A stretch of 64,000 nucleotides of DNA from assembly GCA_963779755.1 (NCBI GenBank), contig CAVZZO010000001.1, forward strand, positions 160,001 to 224,000. Reading direction: 5' to 3'. A program made the position numbers and the translations under genes. Origin of the DNA: an uncultured Gemmatimonadales bacterium (GTDB lineage Bacteria > Gemmatimonadota > Gemmatimonadetes > Gemmatimonadales > GWC2-71-9). This document shows positions 1-9,021 of the stretch, piece by piece; the first letter of the stretch is position 1, and each line of letters starts with the position of its first letter. Under the pieces are notes generated by a model, which was not told the DNA's origin, did no database searches, and saw only the letters and a program-made list of their open reading frames with translations.

Positions 1-156
1 GACAGCGGACATGGGAGGATTGGGGAATCGGGAGTGGGGAGTGAAGGGGCGTACTAACATCACCGGAGCGGGCCGATCCGGCAAGCGCCGCCGCGTTGTC
101 AGGTGGTAATGCCGGGGCTAGGCTTCCGGGATCGCTCCTCCAGACCGGACCGGATC

Positions 157-1497
157 ATGCGCTGGTATCGTAAACTCCACTGGCAGATCATCATCGGCCT
201 GCTGCTCGGCGTCGCCTACGGCGTGCTGGCGGCGGCCAGCGGCTGGGGCCGCTTCACCCGCGACTGGATTACTCCGTTCGGGACCATATTCATCAATGCC
301 CTGAAGCTGATCGCCGTGCCGCTGGTCCTGGCCTCGCTCATCACCGGAGTGGCTTCGCTGAGCGACCTGCGGAAGCTCTCCCGCATCGGCGGCAAGACCA
401 TCGCCATCTACCTCGGCACCACCGTAGTGGCCGTGACCATCGGCCTGGTGATGGTGAACCTGCTGCAGCCGGGCCACCAGGTGCCCGAGGCCATGCGGGC
501 CCAGCTGCAGGAGACCTATGCCGGCGCCGCCAGCAGCGGCGAACAGGCGGCCGAGTCAGCCCAGCAACGCGGCCCCCTGCAGATCCTGGTGGATATCGTC
601 CCCGATAACGCCGTGGGGGCCGCGGGCGACAACCAGCACATGCTGCAGGTGGTCTTTCTCGCCATTCTGATCGGGGTCGGCCTGGTCCAGGTACCCGCCG
701 AGAAGGGGAAACCGGTTCTGGATTTCTTCGAGAGCGCCAGCGCCATCATCATCCGGCTGGTGGACCTCATCATGCTGATGGCGCCCGTCGGCGTGTTCGC
801 CCTCATCGCCGGCACCATTACCAGCGTGGCGGGCGACAACCTGGCCCAGATCGTGAACCTCCTGGGAGCCCTGGGGTACTACAGCCTGGCGGTGGTGGCG
901 GGGCTGCTGATCCACACCCTGGTGACCTACCCCATCCTGCTCCGGACGCTGAGCCCGATGAAACTGAAGACCTTCTTCAGCGGGCTGGCACCGGCCCAGC
1001 TGGTGGCGTTCTCCACCAGCTCGAGCGGGGCGACGCTGCCGGTCACCATGGAGCGCTGCGAAGAGAAGCTGGGCGTATCGGAGGAGGTCTCATCCTTCGT
1101 GCTGCCGCTCGGCGCTACCATCAACATGGACGGCACGGCCCTCTACCAGGCGGTGGCGGCGGTGTTCATCGCCCAGGCGCTCGGCATGCAGCTGGGCATC
1201 GGCGCCCAGCTTACGATCATCCTCACGGCCGTGCTGGCCAGCATCGGCACGGCGGCGGTGCCGGGAGCCGGCATCATCATGCTGGTCATCATCCTGGAGG
1301 CGATCGGCGTCCCCAGCGCCGGCATCGCGCTCATCCTGGGGGTGGACCGGATCCTGGATATGCTCCGGACCGTCACCAACGTGACCGGCGATGCTACTGT
1401 GGCTACCATTGTCGCAGCGTCGGAGGGGCAGTTGCGGGTGCCGGACCTGTCGCCAGATGCCGATCGGATCCGGGTGCGGGGTGGCGCTGGTCGCTAG
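157..1497 (+). CDS. Dicarboxylate/amino acid:cation symporter (DAACS, GltP/GltT-like)
   Basis: Motifs AFSTSSSGATLP, LPLGATINMDGTALY and GVDRILDMLRT. Start placed at ATG 157. Confidence 0.95.
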   Translation: MRWYRKLHWQIIIGLLLGVAYGVLAAASGWGRFTRDWITPFGTIFINALKLIAVPLVLASLITGVASLSDLRKLSRIGGKTIAIYLGTTVVAVTIGLVMVNLLQPGHQVPEAMRAQLQETYAGAASSGEQAAESAQQRGPLQILVDIVPDNAVGAAGDNQHMLQVVFLAILIGVGLVQVPAEKGKPVLDFFESASAIIIRLVDLIMLMAPVGVFALIAGTITSVAGDNLAQIVNLLGALGYYSLAVVAGLLIHTLVTYPILLRTLSPMKLKTFFSGLAPAQLVAFSTSSSGATLPVTMERCEEKLGVSEEVSSFVLPLGATINMDGTALYQAVAAVFIAQALGMQLGIGAQLTIILTAVLASIGTAAVPGAGIIMLVIILEAIGVPSAGIALILGVDRILDMLRTVTNVTGDATVATIVAASEGQLRVPDLSPDADRIRVRGGAGR

Positions 1498-1545
1498 TCG
1501 CTAGTCGCTAGTCGTTGGTCGTTGTCGCTAATCGCTGGTCGCTGG
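1492..1545 (+). repeat. Heptamer tandem repeat (GCTAGTC)x3 decaying into variants
   Basis: gctagtcgctagtcgctagtcgttggtcgttgtcgctaatcgctggtcgctgg, overlapping the symporter stop codon. Confidence 0.7.
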
Positions 1546-1604
1546 ATGCTCAGTCCTCAGTTACCAGCCCTCAGTCCTCAATCCTTGGCCGGAGGCGCAG
1601 TTCT

Positions 1605-2336
1605 ATGCTCAGGAAGCCATACATCCTTCTCGGCTGTGCCATCCTCGCCGGTTCCCGTCTCGCCGCCCAGGATGCTCCCCCCGATCCGCTCAAGGCGTCG
1701 ATCGCGGTGGGGTTCGTGAACACGGCCGGCAATACCGAGATTACCACGCTCAACGTAGAGCAGAAGCTGGATTACCAGCCGGTGGGCTCGCCCTGGCAGG
1801 CGAGCCAGTTTTTCAACATCGTCTATGGCAAGCAATCAGGAACGGAGAACGCCAACCTGCTCAAGACCGGCGCGCGCATCGATTACGGCCTGACCCCACG
1901 CCTGTCGGTGTTTGCCGGCGGCAGCTACGAGCGGAACAAATTTGCCGGCATTTCCCGCCGGTTCGAGGAGCCGGTCGGCCTGGCATTCGCCGTCATCAAG
2001 ACCGACAAACAGGACCTGAGCTTCGAGGGCGGCCTGAACTTCACCCAGCAACGCGACCTGGCGGGCGTGAACAACAACTACACCGCTGCCCGGGCGGCGG
2101 GGAAATACCAGTACTCCTTCAGTGAAAAGTCCAACATCAGCCAGAACGTGGAATTTCTCCCCAACCTGGACACCGGCAAGGACTACCGCATCAACTCGGA
2201 AACGGCCCTCACCGCACCCATCTCCAGCCGCATCTCCATGAAGCTCTCCTACGTCATTCACTTCGACAATCTGCCGGAGCCGGGGTTCAAGAAGACCGAC
2301 CGGATCTTCACATCGGGGTTGCAGGTGGCGCTATAA
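1605..2336 (+). CDS. DUF481/YdiY-like outer-membrane beta-barrel protein
   Basis: Signal peptide, G-N-T motif near the N-terminus, alternating beta-strand pattern, C-terminal KKTD..FTSGLQVAL. GGAGG upstream of ATG 1605. Confidence 0.85.
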   Translation: MLRKPYILLGCAILAGSRLAAQDAPPDPLKASIAVGFVNTAGNTEITTLNVEQKLDYQPVGSPWQASQFFNIVYGKQSGTENANLLKTGARIDYGLTPRLSVFAGGSYERNKFAGISRRFEEPVGLAFAVIKTDKQDLSFEGGLNFTQQRDLAGVNNNYTAARAAGKYQYSFSEKSNISQNVEFLPNLDTGKDYRINSETALTAPISSRISMKLSYVIHFDNLPEPGFKKTDRIFTSGLQVAL

Positions 2337-2410
2337 GACGGCAGGACGGCAGGACGGCAGGACGGCAGGACGGCAGGACGGCAGGACGGCAGGACGGCAG
2401 GACGGCAGGA
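2337..2410 (+). repeat. Octamer tandem repeat (GACGGCAG)x9
   Basis: Nine perfect copies directly after the stop codon, between convergent genes. Confidence 0.97.
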
Positions 2411-2428
2411 CCAGAATGTAGGATCCAG

Positions 2429-2467
2429 TTCCCCCTTCCCAACAGGGAAGGGGGACAGGGGGTTAGG
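2429..2467. repeat. REP-like palindrome / bidirectional terminator-like hairpin
   Basis: cccccttccc-aaca-gggaaggggg followed by acagggggttagg. Confidence 0.6.
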
Positions 2468-3289
2468 TCAGAAGGGAGAACCGTGGTCAAATCCCGCCAG
2501 GCCCGCCGCGCGACCCAGCACCTGCTCCGGCGTGGCTCCCGCGGCACGCAGATCGCGGATGCCGGTGTCGCGGTCGGCCTTGCTCAGCTTCTCGCCCGAG
2601 GGCTTGAAGATGAGCGGGTGGTGGAGGTAGCGGGGCGGCTCCTGACGGCCCAGCAGCCGGGCCAGGCGGATTTGCCGGCCGGTCGAGGAGAGCAGGTCCT
2701 CGCCCCGGATCACCAGATCGATCTCCTGCAGCCAGTCGTCCACCGCCACCGCAAACTGGTAGGTCCAGTTCCCCAGGCGGTCGCGGATCAGCAGGTCGCC
2801 GCATTGCAACGCGGGGTCCTGCTCCTGCGGGCCGAGTCGCAGATCCTCAAAGCGTTCCAGTCCGGGCTCCATTCGGACCCGCAAGCTGCGGCTTGGCGCA
2901 TCGTCCAGGTTCCGGTCCCGGCAAGTGCCGGGATAGCGCTGCTCCAGGCCGGACGCATCCCCCGCTTCGCGCGAAATGTCCCTGCGTGAGCAGTCGCAGA
3001 CATACACCAGCCCCCGTCCGGCCAGCCGGTCGGCCTGCGCCTGGTAGAGCGCGCCCCGCTCGCTCTGCCGCACCGGGCCCTCGTCCGGCGCGAAGCCGAG
3101 CCACGCGAGATCCTCCAGCAATGCCTGCTCGAACTCCGGACGGCAGCGCTGGCGATCATGATCCTCGATCCGCAACAGCACCATCGCCCCCCGCGCGCGC
3201 GCATACCCCCACACGTAGATCGCGTTCACCACGTGGCCGAGGTGGAGATACCCCGTGGGCGCGGGGGCGAAGCGGGTGCGGGGAGGCAT
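2468..3289 (-). CDS. gluQ: tRNA glutamyl-Q(34) synthetase (GluRS catalytic-domain paralogue)
   Basis: RFAPAPTGYLHLGH, LRIEDHD, CDCSR, IRGEDL and KLSK motifs. No anticodon-binding domain. Confidence 0.9.
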   Translation of the reverse strand: MPPRTRFAPAPTGYLHLGHVVNAIYVWGYARARGAMVLLRIEDHDRQRCRPEFEQALLEDLAWLGFAPDEGPVRQSERGALYQAQADRLAGRGLVYVCDCSRRDISREAGDASGLEQRYPGTCRDRNLDDAPSRSLRVRMEPGLERFEDLRLGPQEQDPALQCGDLLIRDRLGNWTYQFAVAVDDWLQEIDLVIRGEDLLSSTGRQIRLARLLGRQEPPRYLHHPLIFKPSGEKLSKADRDTGIRDLRAAGATPEQVLGRAAGLAGFDHGSPF

Positions 3290-3351
3290 GATGGAAGATA
3301 GGAGCCTTGGCAGAAGTCTCTGGATCTCTTTGGATCTTCCGACCACTCTGG

Positions 3352-3570
3352 CAGGTCGAGGGTCGAGCAGCGATACGTGCCGTGCTCAGCCGGGGGCCCG
3401 CGGGCTTCCGAGCTGCCGCGTACTCCAGGCAGGTCGAGGGAGTCGAGGGCTAGCAGCGATGCGCGCCGTGCTCAGCCGGGGTCCCGCAACCTTCAGGTCG
3501 AGAGGGTCGAGCGTCGAGGGGTCGAGGGAAGTGGTCGAGAGAGTCGGGGGGCCGAGAGGGGGCGAGGGAC
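3352..3570 (+). repeat. Imperfect ~78-bp direct repeat plus degenerate GTCGAG(G) repeats
   Basis: caggtcgag...agcagcgat..gccgtgctcagccggg..cccgc occurs at about 3352 and 3430, followed by a run of gtcgag variants. Confidence 0.6.
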
Positions 3571-3572
3571 GC

Positions 3573-3630
3573 TTGACAGGATTTCCGACCTATCTTACGA
3601 TATATCGTACGATATGTCCCACGATATAAC
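3573..3630 (+). promoter_or_regulatory. Sigma70 promoter with overlapping PadR-type operator
   Basis: TTGACA(3573)-17 bp-TACGAT(3596). Perfect palindrome TACGATATATCGTA at 3596-3609, with further ACGATAT copies downstream. Confidence 0.8.
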
Positions 3631-3643
3631 TGGAGATAAGTCT

Positions 3644-4240
3644 ATGTGCAGCAAGAATAATGACTGGGGGTTCGGGCCCGGGTTCCCCTTTGGAAACGCC
3701 TGGCGGGGAGCCTGGGAGGGCCGCGGCCGGGGAAGCCGGCGGCGGCGGACCCAGATGTTCGAGTCGGGCGAGGTGAAGTTTGTCCTCCTGCGACTCATCC
3801 GGGAAAAACCGCGGCACGGCTACGAGCTCATCCGCGCTCTGGAGGAAAAGATGGGCGGATACTACACGCCCTCGGCCGGCACGGTCTACCCCACGTTGCA
3901 GCTGCTGGAGGACGAAGGCTACGTCCGGGTGGTGGAGACGGAGGGGAAGAAGGTCTATTACATTACGCCCGAAGGCGAAGCCTATCTGGACGAGCATCGC
4001 GACCTGCTGGATGAAATTCTCGACCGGGTGAAGGAAACGGTTCGCGAGTTCACCGGCGGAGGCATCGGCGAGGTGCAGGGCGCGTTCGCCCGCCTGGCGG
4101 CGGTCACCTTCAAGAAGGCCTGGCGGCGCGGCCCGGACGATCCCGCGTTGCAGAAAGTCGCCGAGGTTCTCCGGCGGGCCACGGAAGAGGTTGAAGCCGT
4201 TTGGGCCGTGAGAGACCAGGCGCAGGAAGGCGGTTCGTAA
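3644..4240 (+). CDS. PadR-family transcriptional regulator (YqjI-like)
   Basis: PRHGYELIRALEE...PSAGTVYPTLQLLEDEG winged helix. GGAG upstream of the start. Confidence 0.93.
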   Translation: MCSKNNDWGFGPGFPFGNAWRGAWEGRGRGSRRRRTQMFESGEVKFVLLRLIREKPRHGYELIRALEEKMGGYYTPSAGTVYPTLQLLEDEGYVRVVETEGKKVYYITPEGEAYLDEHRDLLDEILDRVKETVREFTGGGIGEVQGAFARLAAVTFKKAWRRGPDDPALQKVAEVLRRATEEVEAVWAVRDQAQEGGS

Positions 4241-4509
4241 TGTTCTTCTGGAACGGTCCCTGGCTGGTGGTAGCGGTCATCCTCGTCTGGGTGCTCTTCG
4301 GCAGGCGGCGGGGGCGGGGGTACCGCCCCGGGCGCCTCGAGGGTGGCATCGATGACCGCGAGGCCGCCGCGTTGCGCGGGGAACTGAATGAGCAGCGCGA
4401 ATATATTTCCTCGCTGGAAGCGCGAGTGGCGGAGCTGGAGAACCGCCAGGATTTCACCGAGCGGCTGCTGGCGGCTCCGCGGGAGAAGGATCAGCACCAG
4501 GTCATGTAG
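4240..4509 (+). CDS. Small membrane-anchored coiled-coil protein
   Basis: One N-terminal TM helix and LEARVAELENRQDFTERLL. TAATG overlap couples it to padR. Confidence 0.8.
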   Translation: MFFWNGPWLVVAVILVWVLFGRRRGRGYRPGRLEGGIDDREAAALRGELNEQREYISSLEARVAELENRQDFTERLLAAPREKDQHQVM

Positions 4510-4560
4510 GGCGGCCCTAAAGGACTTCCTCGCGGCTTTCTATTCGAGGCCGCTCGGTCG

Positions 4561-4645
4561 CAGGACGGCAGGACGGCAGGACGGCAGGACGGCAGGACGG
4601 CAGGACGGCAGGACGGCAGGACGGCAGGACGGCAGGACGGCAGGA
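4561..4645 (+). repeat. Octamer tandem repeat (CAGGACGG)x10
   Basis: Ten perfect copies of the same unit as at 2337. Confidence 0.97.
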
Positions 4646-4776
4646 AAATATTGCTGTCATTGCGCGCCCTCGCAGTGACAGCCAGCGGCAGGCATCCTGC
4701 ATCGGCGCTCCACGCCGTCGCAGCGATAGCCGGGCAAGACGCCGTTCCTCCACCTGAACATCCCCTCCGTACCCTG

Positions 4777-5307
4777 ATGAACGACGATCTACGTTACCCC
4801 ATCGGCAGGTTCACCCGTCCCGGGCCGCTTACGCCGGCCGATCGGGCGCGATTGATCGACGAGATCGCCCATGCACCCGGGGCGCTGCGCCAGGCGGTGG
4901 ATGGTCTGGATGACCGCCGGCTGGATACGCCGTACCGGCCCGGCGGCTGGACAGTACGCCAGGTGGTGCATCACCTGCCGGACAGCCACCTCAACGCCTA
5001 TACCCGGTTCAAGCTCGGGCTTACCGAGGACGCGCCGACCATCCGTCCCTACGACGAGAGCGCCTGGGCGGAGCTTCCGGAGGCACGGGCCGCGCCTATC
5101 GGGATCTCGCTGGACCTCCTCGATGCACTCCACATCCGCTGGGTGATGATGCTCCGCGGCCTGCACCAGACCGCGTTCGCCCGCAGGATTCTCCATCCCG
5201 AGAGCGGCGAGATGTCGCTCGACGTCCTGCTCGCCCTCTATGCCTGGCACGGCAGGCACCACGTCGCCCATGTGACCGCCCTGCGGGCGCGGGAGGGCTG
5301 GCGCTGA
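4777..5307 (+). CDS. yfiT: YfiT/BstA-like DinB-family metal-dependent thiol transferase
   Basis: DLRYPIG, TPYRPGGWTVRQVVHHLPDSH and YAWHGRHHVAH motifs. Confidence 0.9.
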   Translation: MNDDLRYPIGRFTRPGPLTPADRARLIDEIAHAPGALRQAVDGLDDRRLDTPYRPGGWTVRQVVHHLPDSHLNAYTRFKLGLTEDAPTIRPYDESAWAELPEARAAPIGISLDLLDALHIRWVMMLRGLHQTAFARRILHPESGEMSLDVLLALYAWHGRHHVAHVTALRAREGWR

Positions 5308-5341
5308 CGGAGTGCCGACCGGGGGGCGCGGCACCCCGGCA

Positions 5342-6235
5342 ATGAATCAGCCTGTCCGAGGGTTGATCGCGCTCGCCACCAGCGCCGACTACCCGGCGCT
5401 CACCAGCGACGACCGGGCGCTGCGCGACGCCCTGGCCGGCGCAGGGTACGAGCCGGCGGTGCGCCGGTGGGACGATACGGCCGCGGACTGGGCCGGCTAC
5501 CGGGCAATCATCATCCGCTCCTGCTGGGATTATCACCGCCGGATCGCGGAGTTTCAGGGCTGGCTCGACCGGCTGGAGCGCGCCGGTATGCAGGTTTTCA
5601 ATTCCGTGCCGGTGCTTCGCTGGAACGCCCGCAAGACCTATCTGAAGGATCTCTCGGCCCGCGGAGTGGCCGTGGTGCCCACCGCCTGGGTTCCCCGGGG
5701 GACCAGAGCGGCGCTGAGTGCCATAGGCGCGGAGCAGGGGTGGGGCCGGATGGTGGTCAAGCCGGTGGTGTCCGCGTCCGCCTTCCACACCTGGCGGACC
5801 GGGACGGAAATCACGGACGAGGATGAATCGGCATTCCGCAGCATGGTGGCCGAGCGCGATCTGATGGTCCAGCCCTTTCAGCCCGAGATCGAAACCGCCG
5901 GCGAGCTGTCGCTCATCTTCTTCGGCACCCGCTTCTCTCACGCGGTCCGCAAGCGTCCCAGGCCCGGAGATTTCCGGGTGCAGGCGGAGTTCGGCGGGAC
6001 GGCGGAACCGGTCGCGGTGGGTGAGGACATCATCGGGCAGGCGGCTGCCGCGGTGCGGTGCGCGCCGGAACCGACACTCTACGCGCGGGTGGACGGCTGC
6101 GAACTCGGCGGCACCTTCCGCGTCATGGAGCTGGAGCTGATCGAGCCATGGCTGTTCTTTCTGGAGGAACCCAGGGCGGCGGGGCGGTGCGTCGAGGCGT
6201 TGGGGGGGGGATCAGTCTTGTCTAGCGCGATATAG
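5342..6235 (+). CDS. ATP-grasp protein (RimK/glutathione-synthetase-like)
   Basis: RSCWDY, WN..K.YL, VVKP.VSASA, GELSL, DFRVQ..FGG, YARVD and MELELIEP motifs. Confidence 0.88.
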   Translation: MNQPVRGLIALATSADYPALTSDDRALRDALAGAGYEPAVRRWDDTAADWAGYRAIIIRSCWDYHRRIAEFQGWLDRLERAGMQVFNSVPVLRWNARKTYLKDLSARGVAVVPTAWVPRGTRAALSAIGAEQGWGRMVVKPVVSASAFHTWRTGTEITDEDESAFRSMVAERDLMVQPFQPEIETAGELSLIFFGTRFSHAVRKRPRPGDFRVQAEFGGTAEPVAVGEDIIGQAAAAVRCAPEPTLYARVDGCELGGTFRVMELELIEPWLFFLEEPRAAGRCVEALGGGSVLSSAI

Positions 6236-6252
6236 CTGGCTATAATAGCCAG
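6218..6252 (+). promoter_or_regulatory. Leaderless TA promoter with inverted-repeat operator
   Basis: TTGTCT(6218)-17 bp-TATAAT(6241). Inverted repeat CTGGCTA-TAA-TAGCCAG at 6236-6252. ATG lies 6 nt after the -10 box. Confidence 0.75.
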
Positions 6253-6549
6253 ATGAGAGCCTATTCTATTTCCGAGGCCAAGAACCGCCTGAGTGCCCTG
6301 CTCGCCCGGGTGCGCAAGGGCAACCGTATCGTCATTACCGACCGGGGGGTTCCGGTCGCGGCTCTCGTTCCCCTGGACGACAGCGGCGCCCCGGCTGCTA
6401 CCGAAGGCAGGCTGCTCCGGCTGGAGCGGGCGGGTCTCATCGCCCGGCGCGCGCGGCCGCTCGCTCCCGAGCTCTATCAGACCCCGCCGCCCCGGGCCCA
6501 AGGTCTCGCGAGCGCGGCATTGCTGGCCGAGCGATTGGACGGCCGGTGA
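6253..6549 (+). CDS. Type II antitoxin, Phd/YefM family
   Basis: SISEAKNRLSALL.RV..G..IVITDRG.PVA.LVP. Confidence 0.92.
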   Translation: MRAYSISEAKNRLSALLARVRKGNRIVITDRGVPVAALVPLDDSGAPAATEGRLLRLERAGLIARRARPLAPELYQTPPPRAQGLASAALLAERLDGR

Positions 6550-6987
6550 GGTTCTGGGACAGCTCCGCGCTGCTGCCCCTCCTGGTGCGGGAGCCTGCCA
6601 CCTCCGCCCTTCAGAAGCTGCTTCGGGCTGATGCGGAAGTCTTCGCCTGGTGGGGGACGCCGGTCGAGGCCGCGTCCGCGCTGGCGCGCCTGGCCCGGGA
6701 GGGAGCACTGGAGCCCGGGGATCACCAGGCCAGCCTGGCCCGTCTGACGCGGCTCACCCAGGGGATGGGCCGAGGTCATTCCGACCGATGCGGTGCGGGA
6801 CCAGGCGGGCAGGCTGCTGCGGCTGCATCCGCTGCGGGCGGCGGACGCCCTGCAGCTCGCCGCCGCGATCATCGCGTGCGAGCATCAGCCGGAGAGCCTC
6901 CCGTTGGTGACACTGGATCAGCGCCTGGCGGAGGCCGCCAGGCGGGAGGGGTTTGCAGTCCTGCCGCAGTCGGTGGGCGGTGAGTGA
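6546..6987 (+). pseudogene. vapC: PIN-domain VapC toxin, split by a +1 frameshift at about 6761-6764
   Basis: N-half FWDSSAL...E..SA and C-half LRAADALQLAAA...TLD.RL lie in different frames. Removing one G from the G4 run joins them. Confidence 0.85.
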
Positions 6988-7091
6988 TGGGGAAGGGCGA
7001 CCGGGCATGGCGCGCGGGCGAGAGCGCCAACCATTCTTCCAGCACGAGCCACTATCCGCTTCCGCACCATCCCGGTTCTAGAAACCCCGAC

Positions 7092-7740
7092 CTACTCAGC
7101 AGGCACTCCCGCGGCCTTCCTAATGCTATCGACTACCACCTTGTCCGCGGCCCCGGACAGCAAGAGATCAGCCGACAGAAGAATAGCTTCCGCAATACCT
7201 GCGCTTGTCAATGGTCTTGCCGAGACTCGGACGCGCTCGATATCCGATCAGGATGGCGCCGGCATCACATGCATAACCGAGCACGAGCCTCCGGTCCTCT
7301 GCTGAAAGCGGAGGGTCAATTGCATCAAGAACCAAGCCTCGGCGGTAGTCATCGTTATTGGTTTCACTCATCTGTAACACGGGGCCAGCTTCTCCCCCAA
7401 ACTCGCGCAAGTACGTACCCTTCGCCCTGAAGGCCACATCGTTGCCAACATCGACCGTATTCGAGATGAGATCTGCAAGAACCCATTCCAGAACCTTCGG
7501 TCTCGTCGTCCGTATTGAATCCAGCATACTCTGCAAATGGGTTGTCCAACCCGACCTCGACATGCGTCTTCAATCCGCAATCTGACCTCCCGCGAGATCT
7601 CAGGAAGCTTCGCAAACACCCGAGTCGTCGTTCTAAGATTACAGGCCGCGGGCAGCGATAGGCCCCCCTCTCTCGGACAGCCCTAAGGCGACAACTCCGA
7701 AGAGACACAGCAAGGCGGCGGTGTAGTTGCTCCCTACCAT
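7092..7740 (-). pseudogene. AT-richer hypothetical gene, apparently broken by several frameshifts
   Basis: Signal-like MVGSNYTAALLCLFGVVALG at 7740, protein-like 7168-7563 ORF, and C-terminal AGIAEAILLSADLLLSGAADKVVVDSIRKAAGVPAE* in another frame. Confidence 0.4.
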
Positions 7741-7937
7741 ATGGGTTCCTTTCAGCACCCAGGTGGCCTTCCCCCGTGATTGAGCCACGATAGGATCTGA
7801 GGGTCCCGACCGGCCTGACGGCCCGGAGGACCCATGAACGCGCTGCTGGGGTCGGGGAAAAGGGACGGGCCGAGGCCGGTGAGCGGTGAGCGGGTGGGGC
7901 GGGCGAGTCTGGACCAGTACCGTTCTCGGAGCAGAAC

Positions 7938-7965
7938 CTGCCGTCCTGCCGTCTTGCCGTCCTGC
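7938..7965 (-). repeat. Degenerate copies of the GGCAGGAC octamer at the tRNA 3' end
   Basis: ctgccgtcctgccgtcttgccgtcctgc. Confidence 0.75.
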
Positions 7966-7969
7966 ACAG

Positions 7970-8041
<72 letters not shown>

Positions 8042-8108
8042 GGGAGGGGGAAATCTATAAGGGCACCGGACAGGCGCCACCTTCGACCTTCGACCGCCCA
8101 GGATACCA

Positions 8109-8468
8109 CTGCCAGCCCTCCGCATCCTCATCGTCTGGCCCGACCAGTGGCCCCGGGCCCTGCTCCGCGCCGAGCTGGTGGAACGCGGCTACGACGCCAT
8201 TGGCGCCACCAGCCTGCTCACCGCCATGCGCTATCCCGAGCGCGATCCCGACCGGGGACCGGTACGGTTGCTGATCCTGGATCAGTCCGCGCTGGACTCT
8301 CCCGTGCTGCTGGAGCGCTTGCGGGCCCATCACCCGGGCTGCCGGACGCTTCTCATTGCCCCGGGCGGGTCACCAACCCCTCCGGGCCACTGGGACCTGC
8401 TTCTTCACCGCCCCATCAGTGTGGGAGATGTGGCGACCGCGGCGGAGAGCTTGCTGAAGCAGGACTAA
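8109..8468 (+). CDS. Degenerate receiver-like (CheY-fold) protein; start uncertain
   Basis: RILIVWPDQWPRALLRAELVERGYDA...RLLILD...LLHRP pattern. The frame stays open upstream of the 8178 call. Confidence 0.55.
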   Translation: MPALRILIVWPDQWPRALLRAELVERGYDAIGATSLLTAMRYPERDPDRGPVRLLILDQSALDSPVLLERLRAHHPGCRTLLIAPGGSPTPPGHWDLLLHRPISVGDVATAAESLLKQD

Positions 8469-8487
8469 GCTGGGGAGAACTTCCTTC

Positions 8488-8871
8488 TTACTCCCCTGCC
8501 GTCTTGCCGTCCTCCTGGCACATCTCCGACCAGTCCACCGGCGCCGTGTTCCCGCAACGGCTGCAGCGCAAGGTCTCGGGCCGTTCGGTGAAGTCCTGGC
8601 GCTCCCGGCAGCGCGGGCATACGGCGTAGAGCGGCGTGACCGGTGTGCCCCCCCAGGCGGGGCGCAGGACGCCGACCCGGCGGACCACCGACCAGCAGGA
8701 CGGGGCCTTGTCACGCAACCGCACCAGGCCGGCGGCGATGGACACTTCCCGCCGGTCCACCAGGAGCACCAGCTCACCCGATGGCGCGTGCCGCACCACC
8801 GGATACCAGGCGCCGCGCCGAAGCAGGTCGGCGCCGGGTTGGTCCAATCGGGCCCACTGGGGGGAGGTCAT
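8488..8871 (-). CDS. Hypothetical protein with C-terminal zinc ribbon
   Basis: CPRC...CSRC pair. Confidence 0.7.
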   Translation of the reverse strand: MTSPQWARLDQPGADLLRRGAWYPVVRHAPSGELVLLVDRREVSIAAGLVRLRDKAPSCWSVVRRVGVLRPAWGGTPVTPLYAVCPRCRERQDFTERPETLRCSRCGNTAPVDWSEMCQEDGKTAGE

Positions 8872-9021
8872 GACGAATATTCAACAATAACGCAGACCCG
8901 AGAATTCGCTCCGTCTTGCTCAGGCCAGGTGAGCCGCTCCCGAGCGGGTGGCCCGCCGACATTCATGCCTGCTCGGGGTACAAACCGGGCGGGAACAGGG
9001 TCGCCCTCGGCGACCGGGCGT

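Noticed and set aside
3352..3570. Spaced direct repeats as a mini-CRISPR
   Set aside because: Only two imperfect long copies with irregular spacing; better explained as degenerate tandem duplication.
2337..4645. Octamer arrays as CRISPR arrays
   Set aside because: The 8-bp units are contiguous with no spacers, and there are no cas genes.
6755..6770. Programmed frameshift in vapC
   Set aside because: No slippery heptamer. Neighbouring genes show similar indels, so error or decay is more parsimonious.
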